Assembly (NCBI RefSeq): GCF_018350175.1
Contig: NC_058368.1
Location: 129,024,001-129,088,000 of the forward strand
Length of the DNA stretch: 64,000 nt
Reading direction: 5' to 3'
Origin: Felis catus
Lineage: Eukaryota
This document shows positions 38,775 through 51,832 of this stretch, in pieces. The notes below the pieces were generated by a model, which had not been told where the DNA came from, ran no database searches, and worked only from the letters and a program-made list of their open reading frames with translations. Each line of letters begins with the position of its first letter. The stretch's first letter is position 1. Position numbers and translations under genes: made by a program.

Positions 38775-39043
38775 GTGTAGTGTGTAGCATGTTGACTGGC
38801 TAATAATTCTGAATTGCATATTTGAGAGTTGGTAGGACAGAACTGAAGAGTTCTCATCCCAAGAAAAAGGAATTTGTAACTATGTATGGTTAAAATGTTA
38901 AGTGGACTTACTGTGGTAAGTACCACAGTATTTATATGTAGTACTTACTTGCAGTACCTACAAACACCGAATTGGTATGTTGTATACCTACACCTGAAAC
39001 TGATACAATATATGTCACTTATACCTCAATAAAAAAAGAAAAA
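38775..39043 (+). mobile_element. L1MA-type 3' end
   Basis: aattgcatatttgagagttg, agttctcatc.caagaaaaa, tgtaactatgtatggt, cacctgaaact, ttatacctcaataaaaaa. Confidence 0.8.
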
Positions 39044-39380
39044 CTCAGATTTGATTGCAGTCCATTCATTTTTCACAGCTGTATTGTATTATACTATAGG
39101 AGTATGTCACAACTTAGTCTGTTGCTGATGGATATTTGGGTTGCCAGTTTTATAACAAAGCTGCTTTGAACATTGTTTCGTGACTCTGACTTACAAATGG
39201 GCTTGTATTTCTTCAGAGTCTTCCTTCCTACCCTTTCTCTTGGCATGACAATCCTCTTAATCTTTAAATTGAAATACTAAGAATCTCTACATTAAAGTGG
39301 CCCAAACGATCTTTGTGGTTTAGATATTTGTGACCTGTTTGCCAGGGTCTCAGTAACCATACTAAGTAACCATACCAAGG

Positions 39381-40610
39381 TTTTTTTTTTTTTTTTTTTT
39401 TTTTTGAAATAAGTTGAGATTTACAGAAAATTGTAAAGATAGCAGAGTTCCCATTTGCCACTTACTCAGTCTTCCTTAAAGTTAATATATAACCGTGCTA
39501 TGTTAATCAGAACTAAGAAATTAACATTGGTACAGTACTATTAAAGTACAGACTTCATTCAGATTTTTCCAGCATTTCTACTAATGTCTTTTTCCTTTTT
39601 GAGTATCCATTCCAGGCTACCATAATGCTTTTAGTCATTGTGTTTCCTTCATCTCCCCTAATCTTTGACAGTTCATTGGTCTTTCCTTATCTTTTGAAGA
39701 GTATTGGGCAGGTAGTTTTGTAGAATATCCCTCAATTTGTGTTGTCTGAAGCTTTTCTCATGATGAGATAGAGGTTGTGCATTTTTCAAAAGGATAGCAG
39801 AGAAATAATAGTGTTATACACTTCTCATTGCATCACTTTAGATATCCCCCTGAACAGTGTGAGGAGTTGGGGGGGATACGTTGATATCCCTCTGAACAAT
39901 GTGACTTACTATTGGTTATGCCGACCTTTGTCACTTGCTTAAGGTGATATCTGACTAGTTTGTCCACTCTAAAAAGCCACAGTTTTTTGTTTTGTTTCGT
40001 TTTGTTTTTGCTTTTCATTAGAAAGGAGTCACATAAAGTCCAGGCCACATTCAAGTGGAAGAGAGTTAAGCTTCACTGCCTGGAGGGAGGAGTATCAAAG
40101 ATTTTGTGGATAGGTGCTAAAACCACCACAGTTACCTGTCTGGAGGGGAGCTACTTTGAGGCTATCCAAATATTTTGTTTCTTTTTAACGCTTTCCCCAC
40201 TAATTTTACTATTGTCAGTGTATCTTGCACCAGATATTACTGGGGTTTTCTAATGATGGTTTTTATTTCTTTCAGTCTTTCAACATTATTAGTTGGAATT
40301 CTTCTAAAAGGAAGATGTGTGTCCTTTAATTAATTAATTAAATTAATTCAGTAATTTTTATCAGTATACTTACTTTTTGAGTTATGTAATACTATAAAGT
40401 TATTTTATTTTGTTGCTCAAATAGTCACAGCCTGGCTAAGTGGACTCTTTCAGGATGTGACAGTTCCCTCAAATTTTTTTTAAGCATTTCATTTCTGACA
40501 CTATTAGTATTTTCTTCATCTCAGATGTAGAATAAGCTGTTTTCCCAAGAAGTTTTGGTTCCTTTTGTTGGAGAATGGTATTTAGAAACCAGGATCTGGG
40601 TGTGCCTCGT
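39381..40610 (-). mobile_element. Ancient L1 (L1MB/MC-like) 3' UTR
   Basis: Poly-T, agatttacagaaaattgtaaagatagcagagttccc, aactaagaaattaacattggtaca, tggtatttagaaaccaggatctggg. Confidence 0.8.
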
Positions 40611-43344
40611 TTTCTTAAAACAAAGGTGTTTGTCTTAAAAATCATAGAGCTTTCTTATGTTAGACTTAATGTATGTTTATCTTAAAAATCATTTTTTTCC
40701 TGAGACAAAAGTGAGATTTATATGGTGACAGGTAGAAGAGTTAACTCTTATTACTATTGGCAGTAGTGATTAGAGCAATCAGACATTATACCACATATTT
40801 CTAGTAATGAATGAAAAATATCTTTAGAATTTACCTTTTTGAGCTCATGGCACTTTTATGGAAAACTTGAAAAGTAATGTATTCAGTTTCTCTGTTATTT
40901 TCTATCTGGGATATAATTGAGAACAAACAAGGACAAATGGTGGGCTTTTGAAGCTACCAGTCTAAATCCACCAATATCCCCAGACTGCAGCTTAAGCACT
41001 TAACGCACAAAAGAAAACCTCAGGCCTGTATTCAGACGTCATTTACTCTTATTTATACACAGGTCTACAGACGATGGTTATCTAGTTTCCAAACTCCTAG
41101 AGGATGTAAACCAGCATTTTAGAAGAAGCATAGGGGATGTAAGTATTAAGTGAAATGTCAGCATGAGAAGGGGCAAGGGAGGAGAGAGAAAAAGAAGCAG
41201 ACCAGGCTCTCAGCCAGCAGGGCAGTACCTTTTAGCTCTTCAAGTCTTCAGCTAAAGGGCTAGTAACCGGGCTGAGTGAGGCCTTGAGGGCATTACTGGG
41301 AAGACATAGTGTAGTGAATGTTCTAATGATGACCTTGAATTGTCAAGCAAGTGTTAAATTAGATTTTTTGGATGCTGTTTAGGAAGTTATGAAGTATTGA
41401 TAAATTTTTGATAGATTTTCATCAACCTGATAAAAATGAAAATCCTTGGTTTTTCCAGCTGAACCTTTGGTTCTGAAGAATTAAGAGCCAGAGTTTTGGA
41501 GCATACAGAACTGCTGTTTTAGTGAGGTGATGATCATGAAAACTGGATTCTTGTTTAATCTGATTATGCTAGTTTCATCTTCTCTTAAGGTATCAACTTT
41601 TCATTTCTGATTTTCTCCTTTAAACACAACAGTATGTCATTAGGTATGGCTGTCATTTTTATATTAGGAGAATTCAGTTTCTCAGTAGGGTTTAATGTAT
41701 CAGAGGCATTCTCAAAAATAATGTGTAAATATAATTCTTATATATTTATTTAGGGGGAAAACCCCCAACATTTGTTTGAGGAAGAATCATCAAAGAGAAT
41801 GAATTAGGATTCTTCAGTGTTTTGGAACTTCTAAAATATTAAGCCTAATGTTTCTCTGGCCTGCCTAGATTTTTCATTTTCTTATTTAATAAAATGCTGA
41901 AATTTGATACGTGTGTAAAAAAAAGAAAAAGTCAACTTAGATTTGTGCTCCTTGTAGTCTTGTAGAGCTGTTTCCAAAGGGAAAAAAACTATTTTAGGCT
42001 CAGGGTAACTGCAGACAATCCCCAATTAGTTTATAAATGGTCCACGTGGAGTTTGGAGTTGCTGGGGAGTATCACTGCCCCAGAGAAGATTCTCTTAGCC
42101 TTTTCAAAATGGAGGGAGGAATAAGGGAATGAAGCAAGGTACAAATGTGTTTAGCAAAGGTTGAAAGTGTGTAAAGAATTTGAAAGAACGAATGCTAGGA
42201 GAGGGAGAGAAATGAAAGAGGAGAACGACCAGGTAGACTAGTAAAAGATACTGCTGTGGCTCTCATTTATCATTTATCATGTCTTTACTTCTTCCATACT
42301 TTGTGGTCCTAACATTTATTTGTATGTTTCTGAAGCAGGGACATAGATTTCTGTTGGGCATGAGACGCTTCTGACTACCTTTTTACATAAAAGGGGCAAA
42401 TTTTATTTCAACCTTAAATAGCAGAATTCATACTCTACCAGAGAAATTAATTTGAATTATGATGAAACATTTGTTTAGCTAATGTATTTGATTTACAAAT
42501 GTAGGGCCATTTGCCTTTTCCTCGGAATTTGAAAACTACCACGTAGTTCATTCCTCAGGTGTTTTGTTTTTGTTTTACATTGTGGAGCTTTCTTTGACAA
42601 TATGTATCCAATATGTTTGTATTTTAGGCAATTAAAGTAGCTTTTTATAAAAAATATTAATTCTTTTTGATTCAACAACTAGACCACATGTCTTTGGTCT
42701 CTTAGCTGTTGAAGTACTGTATTTTTGTCTGCATTTAATCTATATGTCATTTGAGTTTTATGATGCCTTGGATCATATACATGATGTGTGTTATTCCTCA
42801 TTATTTTTCCCCTTTAACTCCCGTTAAGAATCTGTTGTAGATTTATTCTTGTTTCATCATTTCATGCCGAGTATTACGTGGGCTATATTTAAATTTGAAG
42901 TCCCCTATTCTCATGAATGGACAAAATAGCCTCTTGAGCCTGGGTAAGTTGGTTGCCTCCAGGTATATGGATACTTGCATAGGTGTTCCAGTTGCTTCTA
43001 AATGTCTAAATTCTTTAGAAAAGTCCTTGTAAGTCCATTGTAAACCAAAGAAAAAAGTAACTTGAGGCACAAGTCTGGATTTTCATTAGTTATTTTGAAT
43101 CTGAGTATATATGTTTTGGTTTTTCACTCAGAAACTAAAGTTTAGAATTTGAGGGTCTGTGGGGAGATCTACAAGGATGCCCTTAAACTAAATAAATGAA
43201 GATAACAGATCTTGAACTCTGAAATACTCTGCATAGTATTGTGCATATTTGGGGGAAACATACATTGCCCTTTTTCAGATTCTCAGAGGATCAGTAACTG
43301 CTCCCTACCCCCCCTCCCCCCCAAAAAGACAGCTAGGGACCATT

Positions 43345-43480
43345 GATCTAGTCCTTCAGCCTCTTTTTGCAGATATGAAAATGAGGCCAGTGACTGAAGG
43401 TCAAATAGCTAATTAGTAGCAGAGCTGGGATTAAAACTCCAGTCGCTTTCCCAGGTCACTTCTTATTCCATTATACTGAC
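43345..43480 (-). mobile_element. MIR fragment
   Basis: tttgcagatatgaaaatgaggcc...aaggtca...agctaattagtagcagagctgggatt. Confidence 0.6.
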
Positions 43481-44837
43481 AATCCTTAGACACATTATTT
43501 TGATTCTGAACCACATTAATCCACTGTATACATAATTGCTACTTAATTAGTACTCTTTCAGATTTGAAGCCATTTGCATTTATATTTTCTGTTTAGAATG
43601 AATGGTATTCAGAAATTTGGCACAGGAGTTCTGTTACCTATTTAAAATTCTTATTATTTTTAATCCTGAAGTTTGGATTATTATTCATAAAGTTTCAGTT
43701 AACAGTTACTTGATGTTGAAAAGAAAATTGTGGTTAGAGCTCCTGGCCAGTACCTGTACTTTTCTGATTCTTTCTAGAATGTTAACCAATACCCTGTCCA
43801 ATAGAAATGTTCTCCAGTCTAAAATGGAATATATCTGTTCGTTTACCTTATAAAAACTTTGTTTTCAGAAGCAATAAATACAACCAAGTTGTTATTTAAA
43901 ATAGTGTATATTTATTATTAGTGGCACTTTTGCAAGATCTTGAAAAAGTCATGCATAAACAGGGTAATTATCTATAGTAAGAGTTTAATTCTAACTACTT
44001 CACATATGTTTCCTGTGTGGGGCACATACAATCATTTGTTTTCAGACTTTGCTATCTTGCAGCTTCTCACACTAGAGCAATTTGGTATAGAGCATTCAGA
44101 TTTTATTTAATCGCTCTACAAAAAAATTTTTTACTTTTTCATTCATTTATTCACTCAAATACTGAGTACATGTCCTGTGCAGGCACTGTTCTACATACTT
44201 CTGAGTGCCATCAGCATCTTAACAGTCCTTCCTTCATAGGACACCATGTACTGTTCCTTTGTATTATGGAATAAACTCTAATACAGAATTTGCATGTTAA
44301 GACTCTTTCAGGTCCTCTCTCAAACAGATGTTTGAGCTTTGCCACTCATGTTTCTAGGATTTGGAGGTAAAATATCATAAACACTTTTCTTAACCATTTT
44401 GGGTTGACAGTGTTTAGTATTCTGGTTAATTGAATATTAATAGGTATTTCTAGTTGAGAGAATGCCAGATGAGCTTTTAAGTGTAATTGTGTACATAACA
44501 ACATTGGTGTGCTTTCTTTTGTATTGTGTTGTAAGAAGACTGGCTTTCAACGATAGGTTTACTTTTCCCCATAAATGAATGGTTCTTTAATAGTAGAAGG
44601 GGAATATTGGTGATGAGGCTTCTCCAACCTTTAAGCCACTCATGTCTGAGTTGGCTTAAACTCCTGGAGAAAAAGTAACAAAAGCCTGTCAGTTGGCTCG
44701 TTCTGATTTATGATTCTAAACTCTCAGTTGAGCCTGTAGTTTAAGCAACCCTACTTGAACTAAATACATTTTTAAATTTTCCTATAGCTGTTCTAGACCT
44801 TGTACTACCATTCTTCTTTAAGAAATGTGGCATTTCT

Positions 44838-45050
44838 AATTTTTAAAAAATATTTATTTATTTTTGAGGGAGAGAAAGAGTGTGAGCGGGCAAGGGGCAG
44901 AGAGAGAGAGGGAGACACAGAATCTGAAGCAGACTCCAGCCTCTGCTCTGTCAGCACAGAGCCTGACGTGGGGCTTGAACTCACAGACTGCGAGATCATA
45001 ACTTGAGCTGAAGTTGGACGCTTAACCAACTGAGCCACCCAGGCACACTC
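44838..45050 (-). mobile_element. Can-SINE
   Basis: Full body; 18-bp TSD actaccattcttctttaa at 44804 and 45052. Confidence 0.93.
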
Positions 45051-47267
45051 CACTACCATTCTTCTTTAAAGTCCTAGTAAATAAAGTTCAGTAGGGCTCC
45101 ATGTACTGTTTAAGTTCTTAGAGCTCTTATTCTGAATGAGCTACATTCTCAATCTCTAAAAGGGTGGTGCTGGATGCAACTTAATAGAAATTTCTCTGAC
45201 ATAAGGGAACACCTCCCCAAACCCCCACCCTTTGATACCTTTTAACATATATAACACAGTTTGGGAAATGTCGGTCTGTTCTTCTTATGTATTTCTGAAT
45301 TCAACCCTGATCTGACTTCATAGGTGTAAATTGCCCAATAATCCAGTGATTTCTCAGAACTGGAGCCCATGTGTTATTCATGGATACTTCTCTGGAGACT
45401 TGTACATTGCCTGTTACCAAGTTAGGGGATTAGGGAAGTGTTGTTGAATGGTATAGCCCCTCATGTTCTTAATTAATGGATGGGAAGGGAAAGAATACTA
45501 CTGCCCTTTTGGTGGTAAAGACAGACGAGATGATCTAATCCATTTGTTTCATTTCATTTTTAATGGGCTTTCGTGTTTTTATATTCTATATTGTATACAT
45601 TTTGCGTAGATAAACTTTACCTGTATTTATACAATCTGAGATTTTTAAGATTAGATTTTGATTTTAGATCTAGAACACAAAAAGCTATTATGCCTTAAGA
45701 ATATCAGTTATAGGCAGATGGTTAAAAATTATGTAGTTATTGTTTACTTTTATATTGAATTTCGAAGTTTTAAAAAATTCTCCCACACGCTAGTGACATA
45801 TATACATAGATGCAACAATAGTGGTATTTATCCTTTTTGTTGCTCCTTCCCTGAGCCATAACTTCTAAGTCCTTTGAGAAGACCATTGCTTCAACTTTGT
45901 GGCAGCCAGGGTAAGTCAAAGGTCTTGGGTTGAGTGAGTGTGACAGCTACCATTCTTCATCTTGCCGTGGATATTCTCCATTACTGCTGCCAACCTTCCT
46001 AATTTTCTAGAAATCATCTAACATCTGTTTTCCTTATTTAATACACGAGAAAAGAAGAAAGAACAAGAAATAGATTTGAAGCAACTTGCCCATGGGGCTG
46101 ACATTAGCTAATGGCTGAAATTAGAACCAGGAGCCCAGTCTCTCTGCCTTGTTTACCTTGAGTGCTGAAGTCCATCTTCTTCTTTGGAAAGTGGCTGAGC
46201 CACGAGGAAGGCTGAGCATCCATGGGTTAAGGAGAGCCTGGGAGTGTCCTGTTGGTAAAGTAGGCTGGGCCAGGTAGTAGGGCAAAGCTTGACTGATGAT
46301 CAGTGTCACTGTTTACACTTGGTGTGTGGTCATTACCAGGCACCCAGAACATGTTTTGGGCATCCTTTATATGGCAGATTCTTTCCTCAGGAAGACTTTA
46401 AGCACCTTTGCAATTTTACTGAGAGCACTTTTTTTTAATCTCTTAAGTAATTCGTCTTCACTGTAGAAATTTTAGAAAAAACACTTCCTCCACACCAACC
46501 AAAACAAGGGAAGAAAATCATCTGTAATTACACTGGGCCAAGATAGGAATGGGAATATCTTAATAAATTTCATTTACATTTTGAACGGGTGACCAGTCCG
46601 TCTCTTTGCTTCTCATTTATCACTATGTACTTAAGAAAAAAAACAAACCACTTAGCCAAGGTGTAAACGCATCTGCTCACTGTTCTTAAAGACACACACA
46701 TGGAGCAGAAAGGATTTTCTTCTCAGCTGGATCTCTACATACAGGGAAATAATAATACTTACAGCTCTGGCAGGGCTGGTGTTTCTTAGGATTCTTTGAA
46801 GAGGGCATAAGTTCTAACTTCACTCTGCTTGTCAGGCCATAAATTACCGGGAATGAAAAGCTGTGGTCACTTTTTCTTTCACAGTAAGAATTGCAAGTTT
46901 CCTTATGGTTGCATCCAACTTTGAATTAGTCTCTAGCTCAATGACAAGATGGACTTGAGCTGTGAAAATAATTTTATATACAGTGATACAGAAGGCAAAC
47001 ATTAGAAGTAAAAAAGGTGTTTTACATTTTAGAAGAGAGATTTTCAAAGATAGGATTGGAAAATTACTGAAACTAGAAGTTACTTTCAGACAAAATTAAT
47101 ACGTCTTCTAATTTTTCTTCTTTTCTCTACTGTTTGGAATCAAATCACATTTTAAGAATGTCCTATGTAAAATGTGGACAGTTTGAAAAAAATTATAGCA
47201 GTTCCATTAATTTGGAAATATGAGTATATTAGAATTACTACAGTAAAAACAAACCTTTGCACGTTAT

Positions 47268-47397
47268 TGTAATGGAAATGCTAGCATGCTCCTGGAAGCT
47301 TGGCATTTCCAACAGCTTGTATACTCGCCAAAGGGCTAGGGTTTTTTTACACTTGTTGGAAATGCCAAGCTTCCAAGAGCATTACATTTCTATTACA
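47268..47397. repeat. Long inverted repeat / hairpin
   Basis: Arms 47286-47314 and 47354-47382 match at 28/29; outer arms 47268-47280 and 47385-47397 match at 12/13. Confidence 0.9.
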
Positions 47398-47729
47398 GTG
47401 CTGATGATAGCAGGCATTCCATAAAAGGAATCCTTGTGGTGGTTAACGTACATTGTCAGTTCTACCACTTAGAGCAGTCCTGGAAGGTAAGGTATTATTA
47501 ATCCCTTTTAATAAGAAAATCAAGGCTAAATTGCTTGTCTAAAATTGTTTAACAGAAATGTGTTGGAATTGGAAGGAAATTATGAAGTCCTACTTCACCT
47601 TTTGTTTTCCTGTACGTTCTGTTGCCTCTGACTTCTTATTGAGTATACTTTCCTGTAGGCAAAAAATATGTTACTAAAATAGTTGCCAGTTTTTTTCTCA
47701 TTAATTGGATTGTTTTACATTAAAAATAT

Positions 47730-47960
47730 GTTTTATTAATGTTTTATTTATTTTTGAGAGAGAGAGAGGGAGAGAGAGCGCGCGCACGCGCGCACACCGG
47801 TGGGGGAGGAGAAGAGAGTAAGGAAGACACAGAATCTGAAGCAGGCTCCAGGCTCTGAGCTGTCAGCATAGAGCCCGACGCAGGGCCTGAACCCATGAAT
47901 TGTGAGATCATGACCTGAGCTGAAGTCTACATTTAATAGAATGAGCCACCCAGGTCCCCC
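47730..47960 (-). mobile_element. Can-SINE with a (GC/CA)n expansion
   Basis: Reverse body; TSD tggattgtttt at 47706 and 47964. Confidence 0.92.
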
Positions 47961-48080
47961 AGATGGATTGTTTTGAATTCACAAAGAGCCATCAATTATG
48001 ATGAATCCATGGGACACTGTGAAACAATCTCTCTGTAAAAGTAAATACTCTCTGATTGATTTCTAATTTTTATGTTTTAA

Positions 48081-48294
48081 ATTTTTTTTTTCAATGTTTA
48101 TTTATTTTTGGGACAGAGAGAGACAGAGCATGAACGGGGGAGGGGCAGAGAGAGAGGGAGACACAGAATCGGAAACACGCTCCAGGCTCTGAGCCATCAG
48201 CCCAGAGCCTGACGCGGGGCTCGAACTCACGGACCGCGAGATCGTGACCTGGCTGAAGTCGGACGCTTAACCGACTGCGCCACCCAGGCGCCCC
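48081..48294 (-). mobile_element. Very young feline Can-SINE
   Basis: CpG-rich body; TSD taatttttatgttttaa at 48064 and 48295. Confidence 0.96.
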
Positions 48295-48577
48295 TAATTT
48301 TTATGTTTTAATTATGATTTTGAATGAAGGTTTTACTTAAAAAAATTGAATATTATGGAATTTTTTTCATTTTTTTTTCTTAATGCTGAGACCATTTAAA
48401 TATTCCATACCTGTCTTCTTGGAATGAGGAGCATGTAGTTTACATAGTAAGCTAGAAATTGTTTACATTCTTTATATCACAAGCTATATATTCTTTTCTG
48501 TTCTCTTTACTGTGTTCACTTAAGTATATTTTTGACTAGAAAAGACTTGTTTAAGCTTTAATTCTAATCATCATGGT

Positions 48578-48700
48578 TATTGGTTCTCTGGACCACTAGC
48601 AGCAGCAGCATCTCTTGGGATGGTGAAACGGGCCCAGCCGTCTTGTTGTATAATGAGTTTGCCAGGTGATTCTGATGCACATTCCAGTTTGAGAAGCACG
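48578..48700. mobile_element. MER5A-like hAT relic
   Basis: tggttctc...ccactagcagcagcagcatc...ccaggtgattctgatgcac...agtttgagaagcac. Confidence 0.7.
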
Positions 48701-51600
48701 ATTTTGTATGTTCCACATACCAAGAGCCTAAGAGGATTTGTGCATTCTTTCACCTAACAAATGCTTCTTGAGTGTTTCCTTCAGGTTAGTCCTCTGTGAT
48801 GGAAATACAGCAGATATCTGCTGTCTTAGATGGTGTCACAGACCTCTGTGTCTCGCTTAACTCAGTGTAAGGGGAGAGTGGACTCCCAAGTTTATAGTAT
48901 CCTGGGCTTGAGACCAAAGCTTTTGTTTTTTCTGTTTGTGACTTCTGCAGGACAGGTCATGCATTGCTTGGAAGAGCCCCATCACTTCCTTCATTTGACA
49001 GTTACAAGGGCCTGGCCTGTTCCAGGAGCTGTGTTGGATCTTTGGGCTACAGAGATGAAAGACAGTGCCCTGCCTCCAAAGGTCCTAAACCTTAACACTG
49101 TTTACTGTCTATTAATTTGCCTCCCTTCATCCTTTTAAACCACTAATGTGTTGGCATGGAGAGATTTTACTTGTGCAAATTTATCATTTGGAATATAGAG
49201 ACCCATGTTCCTAATAGTCCTACAGAGCCCTATCTAATCCAGAGTGTGTTCTATCACTGCAACTCAGAGAGAACCTCAGTTTGTAAAAAGGAGAGGATGA
49301 TTATAACCCACTTTGCAGAATGGTTGTGAGATGTAAGTGTATCAGATTCTAGTCCTTAGGCATTAGGAATTGTTGAGGGCCAAGATGTGTGGGCTCATGT
49401 TGGGATTGAGAGCTCAGGCTGGAACTTCAGGGTGTGGTTGGAGGGTTTTGATCACTGAAGCCTGCAATCTCCCCTCTTTGGTCTGAGCAGACTTTTCTCC
49501 TTACCTCTTGGCTCTGGTAAACAGCATTAGTGTCTAGAGTTTCCCCTTTCTTTCCGCTCCTAAAGCAAACAGCCAAACATTTCTGAAGGTTGTTTGGCTG
49601 TAAGCAACAACAGGAAATAAACAGGTAAAAAGGATTTTCTGTCCCCTCTTGATTTAGGCCTGGACCCTGGGAAGTAAGACAAAGGTGTGTAAAGGTGCTA
49701 AGAGTTGGTGTTTGGGCACCAAAGGGCTCTAATAAACTTAATCTGTACTTCAGAAGTTGAGGACCCAGGTGAGAGACTAAGTAGGGGAGGGGAAGAGGAG
49801 GAAATACCGAATTGTAGGGGTGCAATGGCAGGGGTATTGAGGACTATGCAGGTGGAGCAAGGGAACCTGGCTGATCTGGCCTTTAAGAAGGGTGGAAGGC
49901 TAGAACTCCTTTGCTTGTTAGAAAAGGTTGGCATTTAAGAAAGTGGAACTTAAAAGATTGGGGCAAATAATTTAAATTCCTAAGCACCTTGCAGCTTTAC
50001 AGATGTGCAAATAAATCAAATTCTGTTAATTTGTTTACCTCCCCCACCATCCCCCTAATTCTCAGGTTCATTGATGGCTGTTTCCCTCACATATGCATGT
50101 TAAAAAACAGAACCGCATTCTGGAAAATTATGGTAATGGTGATTGTGGGTAATCCGTAGGTACTTCAAGATTTCAGATGACAGAATGATGTGATTTTTTT
50201 TTTAATCCAATGCATTCCCCTTAAACTAATGTTCCTTCTAAGTGTGTATTGCAGATAGCTAAATTAGTAGATACGTGTCTTTTCTTCAGAAATAATTTTA
50301 AATAACTAATGCCATTCATATCTAACACAGGTATTGTGATCATACAGACCCTTTTATGAAATGGTGCAAGAATATGCATTAACTAGAAAATAAACCTGAT
50401 GCTGAACAGAATGCCGCTGGGAACTCTTGGTTGGGCCCATCCAGTGCATGCTCCGTAAATTTTTATGTTGTTTATATGGTGTGCTGTGGTTTACAGTCTG
50501 GTCTTTGCATTAATTTGCCATTGTCTTTCTCTCAAATATTAATGAAGTGTAGGAGTGATTCCATCCCAGACAGACATTTTTAAGGTGAACTTAAAAATAA
50601 AGCTTTCCCTTTAAAAAATAATTTTTCTAAGAGACTGAAACTGCTTCATTAGTGATTGCCGGCAAAATCTCCTAATGTCTCCTAAGCTGTTTAAGCTTAG
50701 TATTAGAAATTAGGGCTAGAGAATTTAATTAGCCAGCTCAGAGGATGCAGTCTCTTTAATTTAGGATTTCCCTTTGAGAAAATTATGTAGTTGAAGAAGG
50801 AATATCATATTTTAGACAAGGTGGTTTTTGAGTTGTTTTGTATCTCCATCTTGGGCTCTTACCGCATCTGTATTACTGATCTAGAAATTGTGCATGATTT
50901 GAATTAAAATTTTTTGTTTTCAAATTGATAATTGCAACATGGCATGTTAGATTGTATACAGTATTTATTAGAGTTAGGAAAGGTGAAAGTTAGGCTTTTG
51001 GAGGCAGTGATTAACTCATCTGTTTTACCAAAGGGCACATAATCAAATATTAGTTACTATGCAATTCGCCAATATAATGAGTTTAGTCAACCAGTGAATA
51101 CTTTGTTATGAGAGTATTAAATGTTGACCTTTTTGCATTTTTAGTCTTAGCTTAAAAAATCCAAAAATACCCTCTCATAACCCTTACCACCCTTTCAGCC
51201 ATAACATTACATTGCCTTGGTTTCTGCCTTTAATTTCCCCAGGGGTTCTTTTTATTTAGGAAAAGGGTGAAAAATGTATTTGTGTAAGTGCTACACCAGT
51301 GCTTCTGTTAAATTTTTTTTCAACAAAGAATATGTTACTTGAGGGCCTCATGCACAGGGTGCATATTTTTCTGAAAAGAATGTACCCCGAAAGAAGTAGT
51401 TTTTAGTGTGTATTTATTTCATGTCTCCCAGTTTATTTTAGCTTAGAAATTTTCTAATGCTTTGAGTTTGTAACGATTTTTCAGTTAACTGAGCATGTAC
51501 ATAGGTACCTACATACATACCTACATACATACGTATACATGTATATGTGCAAATGTATATGCACAAAGTAGCCACCCTTTAGAAATTCTTTGTATATTTT

Positions 51601-51832
51601 TTTAATTTTTTTTTTTAAATTTTTTTTTCAACGTTTATTTTATTTTTGGGACAGAGAGAGACAGAGCATGAACGGGGGAGGGGCAGAGAGAGAGGGAGAC
51701 ACAGAATCGGAAACACGCTCCAGGCTCTGAGCCATCAGCCCAGAGCCTGACGCGGGGCTCGAACTCACGGACCGCGAGATCGTGACCTGGCTGAAGTCGG
51801 ACGCTTAACCGACTGCGCCACCCAGGCGCCCC
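51601..51832 (-). mobile_element. Very young feline Can-SINE
   Basis: CpG-rich body; TSD tctttgtatatttt at 51587 and 51833. Confidence 0.96.
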
